A stretch of 64,000 nucleotides of DNA from contig CAJNYD010000062.1 in the NCBI GenBank assembly GCA_905331295.1, positions 1 through 64,000 on the forward strand, written 5' to 3'. The translations under genes were made by a program, and so were the position numbers. Below the pieces are notes generated by a model that ran no database searches, was not told where the DNA came from, and was given only the letters and a program-made list of their open reading frames with translations. This document shows, piece by piece, positions 12,761-27,100 of this stretch; position 1 is the stretch's first letter, and every line of letters starts with the position of its first letter. The stretch comes from Rotaria socialis. Its lineage: Eukaryota.

Positions 12761-15700
12761 AAAATACGGAACACAAATATGTTTACAATTCAAAATCGCT
12801 AATAGTAGTTTCAAAATTTTAAAAGTCTCTTTTTAAAAGTTCATCTTCGACACATTCGATTATTTTAAATGTAGCTAAACAAAAAAGAAAGAACTTATTT
12901 TATCATTTATTAATCAGTAATAAAATATTTTTATATTTATTATCATATATTTTGAATAAAAATAAAATGAAATAAAGTACACAACTGTAGCATTCACTAG
13001 ATTGAACGGAGCTTCTCTTAATTTGATGTAACATGGACTTGATGAGTCACATAGACATATTTATTTGGTGTCTAATTCATGTTGTTAGTAGAAAAAAAGT
13101 GATAGTATACGGTCTGATCGTTGATGAATTTTAAAAATTATTCGTAGTTTATTTTTAATTACTATTTCAAATTGATTGGTATAGAAATTCATTGTTTTTA
13201 TTCATTCTGATTAAGTTTCAGTAGTATGTGTAAATAATATCGAAAAAACAATGACTTCTATGCTGAAAGTATGATTATGAGTTCGCATATGAAAACCAAC
13301 TTATTGAAAGTACTATTTTCATAAACAATCATGCCATTTATTACTGTGAATTTATCAATACGATTTTCTCTAAAAAAAAGACAAAATATTTTCATTATAA
13401 TTCGATGGTGTAAATACGACAATATGAACTCGATAAAAAGTTATTGTCTGCCGTCATGATCATGTAATTAAATATTTCACACAATGGAGACAACTTTCCG
13501 AAATAATAGACAAACAGAAAGCAAAACTTTACGACATAACAGTTTTAGGTCATTATAACCCAGACAACATCGTACTGTGTGAAGAAAAACAAAAAGAGCT
13601 AACAAATACATTAACCACTTATCTATAGAAGTATCAATATAGGTCATTCAAGAAAATATTCATAAACCATTGCTATGAAAAAAAGAGAACTCTTGTGTTA
13701 TATCTCCATTTGAACTATAGCATAAATCTCAATTAGGAGAAGTAACTATAAATGCTTGTTTATATATAAGTGTTCACATTCTTATTTTTTTCATGCTTTC
13801 ATAAGAATGTATCATAAGTATAGAAGCAACGAATGCAAGGATCAGTAGTTACGTTAGGTCAACATTTTTTATTTTGTTGAGCAACATCAAAACTAATCAA
13901 CATCATTAGAATATTTTACGGCTAAAAGTTTTACTAAGTAATAGTAATTGTTATTTTCTTTCATGATAGGTTCCAAAAAACTACCAAAACAAAGTTTCTA
14001 TTGGACAATATTGGATATATTTTCTAGACGTAGGAAAATTTTTACCTGTCTAAGCTCAATGATCCGAATATAAGTGAAGTTTTAACTGTAAAAGATAATT
14101 TAAAAAATAAACGAAATAAAAATCACTTCGGCCATTTTCTATGAAGAGTATTGCATGTCAATGATGAACTTTATTTTATGTAGGACTTCTTTTTAAATAA
14201 TAAATATCAGAAAAGCAAATAATGAATTTTATGTGCGATGTAATACAGATACTATAGTATCAGGGTTGTAATGGATATCTTAATTATTCCGGACTATTCT
14301 ATTCAATATCTAGCTTTTTAGAAACGCTTCTGTCGTCCCAATTGATCTATTGTGTCGACGTTGTTGCACCCGACACAGACACAATGCATGTACATGGCGA
14401 TTGAAGATTCCTCGATAGGATCTTTTAGACTCGAATCGAATAGCAATGTAATTGAATTACTTAGATTCAAGTTGTGTTATCATTATTCTGTTGATTGTAA
14501 GCATAGAAACATGTATGTTCGGTATTATCTGAGTGACGATGAAAACAAAAACAAAGGCATCTCATCAAAATATTAGAATTTCGAAACAGATTTTTACGAA
14601 AGATTTAGATATCGTCTACGTTCTTATCCTAATCACGGCACCATGGTGTTCATTCTACGTTCGAATGAATCATTGATACGACGAAAAAGATTTAGAAGTT
14701 TTTATTATCAGTCCGTTCAAACATAAGAATTGTAACTGTATAAAAGGATTATCTGTCTATACGTTACATCGCTAAGGTATAATCATAAAAAACAATTAAT
14801 AACACGAATACTATAGAATTCAATCTATCGGATGCCAATGTGATAAGATAATACGACGCATGCTCATATTATAAAATATTTCTTCAGCTTCAAAAACTAG
14901 CGACAATAAATATGATTGGTTTTGATAGCAACCACTATAAAATCAATATATTACTATATTTACTTTACATATACATATTTCTTGGAAATAACTTAACTTT
15001 CTCATACAGGTTTGTCGCTTCAGAAATATCCTTGTTCGTATCGACAGACACCTTGAACATACTGGTGGCAGTGTCGTCCACGAATAATTTTATTAGTTAT
15101 GAAACTTGCTGCAGTTAGAATAAAATCGAGTAGAATAGTGGAAGAAAAAGTAGTTGTTAATAAACCATAAACTTAGAAATTTCTAAATCGGCTATTTAAA
15201 TCAAGTCGAAGTGTTATATTCTAATAATCTAGCTATTCTATCTTATTTATTGAGAATACTATTTTTGAGATCCGTTGATAATTATTATAATATTGAGTTA
15301 CGAAATATACGGGTACGTACTTGGACATTGTTTTACTGTATTTCCAATGATATGAATGAATCAATTGAATTTCACTGATAAAAATAGTTGTCATCAATCG
15401 ACTAAATTTGGTGAAAGTAATCGATTGTTTTTCAAAAATTGGCAAAAGCAAAATCGAAAAATTTCTAATTGGTTACAAAGAAGAATTGCACATAGAAGAA
15501 TGGTCTGTATAAGTGACTTCTCTTTCTTTCTAAAGGAACTGTTGAATATCTTCTTTCTTATGTTATCTGTTAATACATCATACAAATTATGTTTATGAAA
15601 AAGATTTCAATTTCTAGTAGCTTCATAAATTCATCGTCACAATGTCTTTTAATTTAAATATCAAGTCAAATAAATAATATTAATATCATATACTATTCAG

Positions 15701-15906
15701 CAATAAATAGATTGAATAAAAGTAATTAGTTCGTTAGACAATGGATTCTTTGTACGAATCAGATTTTTATATGAGATATTTATATATTACTATTGAAGCT
15801 TTTGCTAAGTTATATTTTAAAAAAAATCAAAAAATTAGATTTGAATTTAATTGATAAAGAATAAAAAACAAAAATTATCTTCTTTCTCATTTTTAGATCG
15901 AATAAC

Positions 15907-17999
15907 ATGGCTATATATCGAACCCGTACACATTTTGATATTGATACATCGAAATATGAACATGAATATATAATAAACAATTATTCCAAAGTATTCAGAT
16001 ATCTACATATAGAAACGTAAGTTGCAGGTTTTTAGTCTATATGAGGAAAAAATTATTTTCCTGCTTTCTATTTAGACCAGACTATGAAATACGAAATGAA
16101 GCGTGTAAATATAATTTTATTATTGAACCTGGTCGTAGGCATATATTGATTAATGTCATTATGGAATTTCCCTTAATATTAACTGAAAGACGTTGTTTTG
16201 AAGTGGTAGCTGAATGTTATAATGAAATACGCACATCACCATCAGCAGCAAGTAATTCAACAACGAGTAATTCATTATCGAATCCATCAAGAAAATCATC
16301 GAGAACAAATGTTACAAGTCAAACAAGTAAACTTATTTCTCAGTAAGTATAAATCAAATATGAACAATTTTTTGTATTTGAACTCTGGAAGACTTTCAAA
16401 AAACAATACCCTACGTTGTTTTCTCTGAGTAATGAATAGCTCTAAATAGATCTAGGAAATAGCTTTAAATGAATCCTATAATATATTTCATTCAATGAGA
16501 AAGTACTGATTAATACAACGTAGATGTTGATTCATACGTTCTCAACAACTTTCCGGTAAAAAAAAGACTGGAATAATATCTTGACTAATTATATTAGGAA
16601 GAATAAGTAAAATATGATAATCAAAATAATTATAGGATCATAGAATTTCTTTAAAAATACCACTTAACGATGAGATACAACTCAGCTAATAATAGCTTCA
16701 AACATTGATCTTAGAGATTTCATTTTTATGAAGAAAGTTTTTTAAAAGTTCAACAATAGTTTTTTGATATTCCCTATGGGTGAACCAGAGAGAAAATACG
16801 TTAGAACTTTTCTTAAAAATTGCCTTATTCCAGCACAATATGTCATGTAAAGCTCGAAGGCATCGTATCTAATCAATAGTCTATTATTTTGAGCTTATGA
16901 TTACCAACAAATTAGATTTCAATAAACATAGTACAATCAGAACTAGTCAAACTTTTGAAGTTAGTTTTATATTTTGAAAATTTTTCATAGATTTATTCTA
17001 TCATTCGATTATCATATAGACTGAAATAATGTATTGAAAAAATAGCTCCTATATTGAAGTAAACAATTATCACATAGACTTAGAAATTAAAACAATCAGT
17101 TTAGTTTCATAACAATCAGGTTTAATGCTTTTTTTCTATACATTCATACTCACTGTTATCAACATAATAATTTTTAATAGAAATAATCAATAATCAAAAA
17201 TGTTCTTCCATTTAGTGATGAAAATCAAATTGTGTATTCTCGTGTACCAGATGAAGTTGATCTATATGACAGTGATGAATACAGTGACGATGGTTTTGTA
17301 AATAATCGTCGTTATGTTAAACTTCGTCTTGACTTGGATGAAGTATCATCAATAAAAAAGTTACGAATAAAAATTAAATGTACTTATAATAGAATTCTAT
17401 CCAATGAATCAATTGAACCACAATTGTATCCATCGATAAATGATCAACAAAATTCAACCGATAAAAATGATCTTTCATTGCTTGAATTATTCCATACTAC
17501 AATTCCATATGATTTAAACATTGAAATTGGTACACATACATTTCATGTACATCGTCATATACTTATCTTGCGTTCGGATTATTTTAAAACATTATTCGGA
17601 AGTCAATTTAATGATTGTACAAATAATCAATTGAAATTAAGCGATGACATTGATGTAAATGCCTTCGACATATTAATCAAATATTTGTATACAAACCGTA
17701 TTGAACAAGCAATTCACGATGAATTATTATTAATTGAACTATTTAAACTATCTGATCGATTTCTTATTGATTCACTTAAACGTCAATGTCTCATAGAATT
17801 ATTAAGAAATCATATTAATAGAGATAATGTTTTTTCATATTTAAGTCTATTAGATACATATGACGGGTGTGATGAATTGCGTGAAAAATGTTTTGGTCTA
17901 TTTCATAAACATTCAGATTTATTGAAAACACCAGCATTCAATCATTTAGAAAAGACGAATCCAAAATTAGCTCTACAAATTTATGGTTCATTTTTCTAA
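15907..17999 (+). CDS. BTB/POZ domain protein (exons 15907-16016, 16076-16342, 17216-17999)
   Basis: BTB motif DLNIEIGTHTFHVHRHILILRSDYFKTLF...FDILIKYLYT, followed by a BACK-like helical region. Splice phases are consistent. Confidence 0.85.
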
Positions 18000-18175
18000 T
18001 GAAAAACAAACATTGGTTTTCTCTGCTTTTGTAATTATAATCATTTATTTTTTTCTTTTTTCTCCTTTCTTATTTAGAAAATAAAATGTTATCTGACGTG
18101 TTTGTTTTATTGTTCTAGATCGCCTTTGTTTTTTTTTATTTCTATGTTCTTTTTGTTGATTCCTAGATTAAAAGA

Positions 18176-19637
18176 ATGGGACTTAACTTCAGTGGTACAA
18201 TTGATCGGGCTCGAAATCCTGAACGATATCCCGATAAATCAAAAGGTCCAACATTTGATTCGGTATGATATGATTTCAAACGATTGTTTAACTTTATGAA
18301 GATTTTATTCAGATGTATGGTTTTCCAGACGGTCGAAAACCCAAAAGTAAGTATGAGAAGAAAAATCATTCAAGTAGATAGTAAAACTCAATATCCTCAT
18401 TTTTGACGTTGCTTTTTCATTTGAGCAATAATAATGAAGAGATAGTTATCTGTAGTGAAACTTTTCTATGTGAACAACAGATATTTTAATACTCATGTGG
18501 AGAACATGTTAGTACGTATTATTATGAGATTATAAAGAAAAATCATGGAGTATATATGAATTAAGGAAAGTTGATTCTAAATATACATATATGTGTATGA
18601 AAAGAAAAACATATTAGAAAAAAAGCTTAAGTATTTCATATATGGCTATTGTGTTTTATTAGAATAGTTACATTGACTAATTTTTAGAAAAATAAAATGT
18701 AAAACTTCAAACCATGGCTACCTTTCTAAAGTGAGTACTTCAGTCTGACCCTGGTGGTGCCAATATTAGGAATATTTCACCCTATAGAAATAAAACGATG
18801 AACCTTTAAATACAAATTTTTTCGGTCAACTTTTCTTTGTGACTTACGTACTTTCTATATCTGATAGACTTACAAGATTCGATGCTTTAATCGAACTGAG
18901 TAAAGATCATTTCTTCTATAATTTACTGGTTAAGAATTTGAATGAGTAGATCGAAAATTATTTGAGAATAATCCATGTTAAAATTATTAAAATTTACAAC
19001 ACCACTATAGATTTATTAAGCATAAATCTGTTTCACTGAACTAATCATAGACCTTGCAATTACATCCGTAATTATGACAAATAATCTATATTACTTATTA
19101 TGATTTTCTATATAATCAAACGAAACAAAAAAACAATAATCATGGATTTATATAATAATAGTATCTATAATCACATGATTGTGAACTTAAACTTAGTTTA
19201 TCTTTTAAGATTTCATCGATGATGATAAATCTCTCTTGAAAGAAACTCTAATTTCCAAGATTTCTGATTTAAATCTTATTCTAGTTGCACCATATACTGA
19301 AGAAGAAATGCAAACATTAAATATTCCTCTTGATAAACGTGACTATTGTGCACACTATTTTCGTGCTATGATGCTGTGTACACAACAATATTGGCCATCA
19401 CAATATGCCTATTGTGAACCTGAACGTCATGCATGGGATCAATGTGAAATAAAGAAGTGCGTGGAACATTTTTTAAGCTGTACTATTAAAATAGACATTT
19501 TTTGTCTTTTTAGTAAAATTGATGATGCTAAAGAATATGAACGAGAATTACGTTTACGCCGACGACGATTGCGTAAAGAAGAAGTAGCTGCTAAACTTAA
19601 TTCAACTGAAAAAGAAATTTCTAAAAATGAAGAATAA
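18176..19637 (+). CDS. NDUFB7: NADH dehydrogenase 1 beta subcomplex subunit 7 (exons 18176-18262, 18313-18346, 19285-19456, 19514-19637)
   Basis: MG...PTFDSMYGFPDGRKPK...EEMQTLNIPLDKRDYCAHY...C...CEPERHAWDQC...KEYERELRL. Twin CX9C pattern. Confidence 0.92.
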
Positions 19638-19848
19638 ACAAATGATTTTGTTTGATTTGAATATGATATCCCTAGCGCTTAGATTTGTTTCTCTCTATTG
19701 CTCTATCTCTCGTTTATTTTGTCACATTCACATCAATAAGATTTTTGTAGAAATAAAGAAAACAACAAACAGCTGTGTTTGTGATTTTATTTGCAGAAAA
19801 AGAAAATCGTTTCTCTCTAATATGCTTTGATTTTTAATTAGATAAATT

Positions 19849-20298
19849 ATGGAGAAAAAATTCGAAACTTTAATAGATAATACGTATGTCGATGATTATT
19901 TTTGAAAACAAGTAAATTAGTATAAGATTGATATTATTCTTCCAATTATAGAATAGAGAAATTTAACATGGTCGGTGTTGAAATCAAAGGTATTCTTGTT
20001 TGTGATCAAAATGGCTTACCATTAGCAAGTAATATCGTTTTAATGCTAAAAAGTATGCTTACTGATACGTTCATTTTGAATAGGTAAAGATGTTTCAATA
20101 TCTCCTGGACCCATAGCATTACTATCTCAATTAGCATCATCGTTATCAGGTCAAAGAACGACTGTTTGTCTTGAAAACAGTGAAGCGTATGTAAAATATT
20201 TCTATTCATCATATTTATTTATCCTTCATTATAGTCAAGTCCTTCTACATCAAACAGACAAAACCGTTGTTGCTGTTTATACAAAACATGCGACATGA
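19849..20298 (+). CDS. LAMTOR5: Ragulator complex protein LAMTOR5 (HBXIP), 4 exons
   Basis: MEKKFETLIDNT...GILVCDQNGLPLA...GPIALLSQLASSL...TVCLENSEAQVLLHQTDKTVVAVY matches the LAMTOR5 roadblock pattern. Confidence 0.85.
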
Positions 20299-21006
20299 GT
20301 CATTTGTTAATCTACCTTTAGCAAAAACAACTGTAAAATTAAATCGAGTTCTTCTATTTTGTTTTCTTTCATGCTATGATTGATATTTACTAGTTTGTTT
20401 TTCTCTATTGTTTGCAAATGCTATTGTAAATAGGCGATAAATTCTTTTTTCTGTCGTTCTGATCATGATTACTTTCAATAAATATTTGTATAGACAGCAA
20501 TAATAATGTAGAACGAAGATAATGTTTACACTTGCATTAAACTATCTACTTTAATTAAGTAATATAGAAGTCAATTTTTATAGAATTCATTCTTATATTT
20601 TGAGATAAAACTTTGAATATTTGAAAAGCTTCATTGAGAGTTTAAAGTGTTCATCTGTTAACTTATTTGATGATAGTGAGAATCCGAAAAAAAGAACATG
20701 ATTTTAATTTATCTAGAAGATGAAAATATTCGTGATATGGATTTATATTTATTCTTAGAAAGAATTTCGCCTGGATTTCTGCTATCTATTATCACAGACG
20801 AAGCTTTAATAGACTGAAATTCTCATTTGTAAAGCAGTATTGATCGAAGAGTCTTCTGAAAAATTCATCGTTTCTCTATGTAAATTATGTTTATTTTGTT
20901 GCCTCAGAGAAACAAATAGTCAAGTGAATTAAAAATAAATCTTAACATTTGAAATTTTCAGAAAATTACAAAATAATTATTAAATTCTAGATTTCAGATA
21001 TATCCG

Positions 21007-22948
21007 ATGAATTCTTTAACATCATTACCGTTAACTTCAATACTTTCCGATAATCTTACTAATTATTGTTCAGGCTCAATTTCAATTCCTTTGATCGAAC
21101 TAAATTTAAAACAAACTTTGCTTGGTGGACAATCATTTCGGTAAATTTTTATCAACTATTTTATCTTATTCTCTTCTTTCAAAGATGGTTTGAGCAAAAT
21201 CAAAACGAATTCATCGGTGTTCTTGGCTCGTTTATAATCTATTTACAGCGTGGCAATGAAAATCTTTTTTATACTTTTTATACCAATGTTTTAAACAAAA
21301 CTCTTTTAAAAATCACAAATGAAAATGATCGACAAACTGAAGCATCTCTTATTTTACAGAATTATTTTCAATTATCTGTCAAACTTTATGATCTATTCGA
21401 AAAATGGTGTCAATCCGATGAACGATTTCAAAATCAAATAATACCCAGTGGTATTCGTGTTTTAGCACAAGATCCTCTTGAGAATTTAATATCATTTATA
21501 TGTTCAAGTAATAACAATGTACAACGTATAACTAAAATGGTTAATTCACTTTGTCAGGAATATGGAAAAGAAATAGGTACATTAAATGGAATAACTTATC
21601 ATGAATTTCCAACCATAGGTAAGTATTTAAATTATTCAAAGAAAAATATTCTATTTCTTTTTCCTAAGATGAACTTGATAAACCAAATCTTGAAAAACGA
21701 TTACGTGAATTAAATTTTGGTTATCGTGCACGATATATCCAAGAGACAGTCAAATATCTTAAATTTACTATTAATGATGCATTGTTTTTTGATCAATTGA
21801 AATCTTCATCAGTCACAGAAGCTCGCAAGCAGTTATTAAAAATCATGGGAGTTGGTCGAAAAGTAAGAAAATTTCGACAACATTAAAAATAAAGCGATCA
21901 ACACTTAGTATTTCAATAAATATTCTAGGTTGCAGATTGTGTCCTATTAATGTCACTCGGAAAACAAGATGTCGTACCCGTCGACACTCATATACACGCG
22001 ATAGCTGTAACACATTATGGACAAAGAAAAAAAATACAATTAAATGCAAGTAATTACGATGGAATATCTTCTTTCTTTGAACAACTTTGGCAACCCTATG
22101 CTGGCTGGGCGCAAGCTGTAAGTTTATGTCGTACAAGAGGAGTCCTCCCACTCATAAATCGCTTTGGAATCGAAACTATGTGCATTGTGTAGAGTCGAAT
22201 GAGCTATGAATATGCTTCAGGCTATAATCTTATTGCGACAGAGATTCTACACTTTGACAATAGTTTTTAAATAAATGCCATGGTTCCTCTTAGAAACACT
22301 CGGAAAATCACTTCACGAGTTTTGACTTGAAACTTTGCATCGTGATTATTCTTAACGAGAGTAGTTTTTTGTGAATATTTTCAGATCTTGCCGTTTTCAT
22401 CATATTCTAAGATATAACTATGGTAAAATTATATCTTTTACATCGCTCCAATACATAAATTCATTTTATGTGATTGCATCGGCATGGACACAAATTCAAA
22501 CAGTTGAAATTTTTATATCAAACTATTCTCGTTAAGATCTATTTCTGTATAAAATTTTGACATTAAAATACAAAAATCAATTTCAGTACAAAATCCATCT
22601 AACTCAATAAAATTGAAATTTTCACGCACTATAAACTGTGGCATTAAACTTTCTAAATAATATTCAAAACCTATTTCGACCTCAACGATGCACATAATAT
22701 TGAACTAAAGGCAATAAAACATTTGAAGGACTCCTCTTAGTTGATGATTCTTTAGTTTTTCTTAATAATGTTATATATTCTTCTTTTATTAGGCAGCCTT
22801 TTCTAATGAACTTCGTTTAACAAATAATAGCAAATCTAGTATTCAATCAACATCGTTAAAGCGATCCATAAGTAGTCATGAAACTCATAATCAATGTCAA
22901 TTAGTGAACTATAAAAAAAAAGGACTTGATCAATTAAACAAGAAATAA
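21007..22948 (+). CDS. OGG1: 8-oxoguanine DNA glycosylase
   Basis: LNLKQTLLGGQSFRW, GIRVLAQDPLENLISFICSSNNNVQRI, NFGYRARYI, HhH-GPD GVGRKVADCVLLMSL...VPVDTH, PYAGWAQA. Confidence 0.93.
22135..22738. mobile_element. MITE in last OGG1 intron
   Basis: Perfect 12-bp TIR aagaggagtcct / aggactcctctt. Confidence 0.7.
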
Positions 22949-24177
22949 AAGAATGTTAAAGATGCATATAGATATATACACATGTTATTTTGAGTTATCC
23001 TATATATCTACATTGTTTTCTTTGGTGTAAATAAACAGAATCTGGAATATTCTTTGCGTCTATCGTAGTATTTTTTTCTTGGAATGGGAAGAAAAGAAAT
23101 TATTTGTAGGCATGACAAAAAGTGTTTTTTTGTGTTTCTTATTCGATCGAGAAAAATATATGTTCCAGAGCGATTCAAATTACAAGAGTGTTGTTTTCTT
23201 ATTAACACAAAAAAAACATGATTAATTTTTTGTTCTCATGATGAAAACTGATTATTAGAGCGGGAAAAATGTAAGATAAATATGTAAAATTTAATTAATT
23301 CCAAATGCTATATGAGAAAGAAATCAATCGTGATCTACGATTTCTTTTTCTCACCAAGAATTTAATTATTAGATTTGCTTTTCTGATCGAATAAGATTTT
23401 TATAAGTATTTACAAATGCTAATTAATATAATTAATCTATCGAATACGTATGCTATTAAACATGTGTATAAATATAGAATATGATTTTTCGCTAAAATCC
23501 ACCAATAGACTTTATTTTCAGTTATATTTTTCATAGACATTTCGCCATTCATAACTTCTGCTTCTTTTTTTTCTCACATGCGAATACTACTATATAGAAA
23601 AAAAACATCTACTGTAAAAAAGATAAAAGAAGGAAAAAGACGACGCTAGAAAACTATTCGTCAACAGTTGTCGATATGTTTCAGTTGCCCCGATTGAATC
23701 CATAGTAAGCTGATTATTGTCATTTGTATAGATTTTTTCAAGACTTTCTAATGAAAAATAAAATTTCTTAATAGTGTAAAATTGTATGTTTTATTTTTCT
23801 ATAAGGTTAATGATCGTGTCTGATTAAATAGTCAACTAGCTATGTTTATTTATAAACTGTTAACTTGCGCACTCTATCGAAACCTTTTTTATTATTAGTG
23901 TAGAATGGAAGAGCTTGTCAATTATTATTTACTATTTTTGTTTATTTCTGATCGAGCAATCAGATCGGATATAAGGCGACAAATTTGATCGGAAAACTAG
24001 TCGTAGCATAGAAAACAGAATAAAAAGGCTTCGAGAAATAAATAAAATTTGATATGATTACATGGATGAGTACACATTAATAATAAATATCCATTTATTT
24101 GTAGATGTAAACTTATTATTCTACATATGTGATTTTTCAACTAAATAACTTATAAGAGAAAAGAAAAATCTGGGATA

Positions 24178-27100
24178 ATGTCAAGTCGAATTAAATTACC
24201 ATTTAAATTAGGTGATTCTTCGAAGAAAATGAACGAAATAGAAATAACAGAAACATTGAAAAAAGATGATTTTTCATTCAGTGAAGTAAGAATTTGTTCT
24301 TTTCTTAATTTATTAAAGAAACGATCTAATTAAATATTAGATGGTTCAATATGGTTTTCCGTATCGTCCAACAACAGTTACCTATGATTCTGTCCAAAAA
24401 ATTCTTGCTATTGGAACAAAACATGGCATTATCAAAATGTAAGTTTAAATATTTTTTTTTCTAAGAGCATAAAAAGACGAGAATTTAAATAATTAGTTAT
24501 GGTGGTGCGTTTGTGGAATGTAGTTTGCAACATCCAAGTGAAGTTGAAATTGTTCAATTAGTTTTTCGTGTAAACGAAGTAAAATTCTTTTTTCTTCTTG
24601 TTACTTGTGTTTTTAGTAATACATTTTATTTTCTATTATAAAAGGGTGCATTAATAAGTGCTTGTCGAGATAATTATATACATTTATGGAATCTACGTCA
24701 AAAGAAGCCTGTTATTGCTAATTCACTTCGATTTGTTAAAGAAAAGTGAGTTTCAGAAATGAATTTGTGATGAAATCTCATGAGATATTGATTCATCCTC
24801 TAAATATTTCCTGTCAGTTAAAAGGAAATTAGCTTTTCTTTTAAATGTCTTTCTCTTGATTAAAAGAATCATAGAAAAATCTTAAAAAAAATTCGTTGAT
24901 TTCTAAATCTGAAATAAATCAATCACTAAGATATAAATATATAAAAAACAAAACAAAAAACTATTATCATATTATTAATTCATAATTAATTTATTTTTTA
25001 AGAATAAGTCGTTGTTTATTACCTATTGCTTTTAATTCAAAATGGCTTTTTATTGGAACGTACTGTGGAAATGTTTATGTTGTTAATCTCGATACATTTA
25101 CACTGTCATCGTATAAAATTATGTGGAATAATGCGATTGGAATGTATGTATAATGATTTATTTCGACAAATTAGTTTTATTAAATATATATATATATATA
25201 TATTTATTCATCATAGGGGTAAAAGTTCACATCCAGGAGTTGTAGTTGATTTATCTCAAAATCCTGATGATCCAACTCGAGTAAGATAATTAATTTAATA
25301 GTAGACTTTAAAAGTCACCGGGAGCAAATGTTTTACTTCCGGAACGTGACATCATTAAGTCTACAACTTTGATGTACGTGTTCGTGTGGCAATGAAAAAA
25401 AAATTCGATTAACTAATTGATTCCGGGAATTTTCTTTTGCTTTGTTTTTTTATAAGAGATTAATTATTTATTTAATCTATTATAAAAATTAATGGATACC
25501 GTAACGTCCTAAAATAGAATAAGTACTCTTCAGTCTATTCTTGTCTTTCTTAAAATGTCAAGATTCTATATAATGTTCTTCATTCTCTTACGACTCAACA
25601 TGAAACAATACTATTTGCTTACATTGTATGAGAATAAATGAATAAATAATACCGGAAATAGAGAATCTTAGAATATATAATAGTACTTTAATGAAAAGAA
25701 AACAGGTGATTTATATATCTTATTTGATAATCAAACTTGTTGTTTTTTAGTTGTACATCGGATTCAGTACACATTTATCTACACCAAATAGTGTTCCAAT
25801 TGGACATGTTGTGTGTTGGAATTTACAACAGAAAGCATCTGAAACTGTTTATACATTACCACAAGTAAAATTTGATAAGATTTAATATGAAAAAAAGTAA
25901 ATAAAAATGTTTTTATTCATAGGGTTTAACATCTGTATCATGGCATTATGAGGGTCGACAATTTATGTGTTCACATTGCGATGGTTCATTATCAGTATGG
26001 AATCTACGATCTGCCGATAAACCTGTTAGCATTAATTATCCGCATAGTAATAATTCACAAATTCAGAAATATCATAAAAAGAAATATTTCATATTTTTCT
26101 TTAGCTCGTATTTGTAAAGATGAGACAACATCGAAATTCGGAGCCATAACAAAAGTTGTTTGGAGTGTTGTTAAAAGCTCGTATGACTTTATTTGTTTTT
26201 TTAAAATCAAAATATCGTTTATTTTTCATTGTCTAGTGGAGATTCATTTATAATATTTTCTGGTGGAATGCCATCACAAACTGATCAACAACAAATAACT
26301 GGTAATGCTCAAACCTCAAAACCTTCATCTTATTTTTTAACAATACTACGTGGCCAAACAACAAATGTTCTTCATATGGATAATCCCATTGTCGACTTTC
26401 ATGTTATATCACCATCTCCACACATAGCTGGTTAGTAATTTCATGTTACAAGAAAGATTTAATAGGAATTTTTCTCTTCTTTTTTTTCTTTTTTTTGTAT
26501 TATAGATGTACCTGATCCATCAGCTGTTGTCATTTTACTTGAAAATGATCTTGTCATGATTGACTTAAAAAGTGAAAAGTAAGATATAATTATTATTTTA
26601 GTTTTTCTGTAGCCAAAATTGTTTGTATCGAATTTTTAGTTATCCTTTATTTGAAAGCCTTCATACATTAGATCTACATGAGTCGGCAATAACTTATTGT
26701 GATTATATAACAGAACCAAATCCAATTTTTTATCAAAATCTTCTCCGTTTACAATCAAAACAAACACTTAAACGCACATTTAGTCAACAGGTATATAATT
26801 TCTATTGAAATAATTAAAAACTATTGTAGTTATATGTATAGGAAAATCCAATATCAGGTGGCCGATCTGGCTCAACTATATTTGGTTATAATGAATTGAT
26901 TATTACTGGGTAAATAAAATGATGTTTTTGATAAACAAAATTTTCCTTTATGTTCATTTTCAATAGTCATGCTGATGGTTCAATTAAATTTTGGGATGCA
27001 TCAGGTTGTAATCTTGTGTTTTTATATAAATTACGTACAAATCGTTTATTTGATCGAATACAATCAACAAATGCAATACCGATAGTAGCAACGAATTTAA

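Noticed and set aside
13970..15510. Exon-like segments with plausible splice sites upstream of the BTB gene
   Set aside because: I could not build a consistent frame or recognise a family.
25301..25364. Small gtagactt...aagtctac inverted repeat in a tomosyn intron
   Set aside because: Only an 8-bp match with no TSD, insufficient to call an element.
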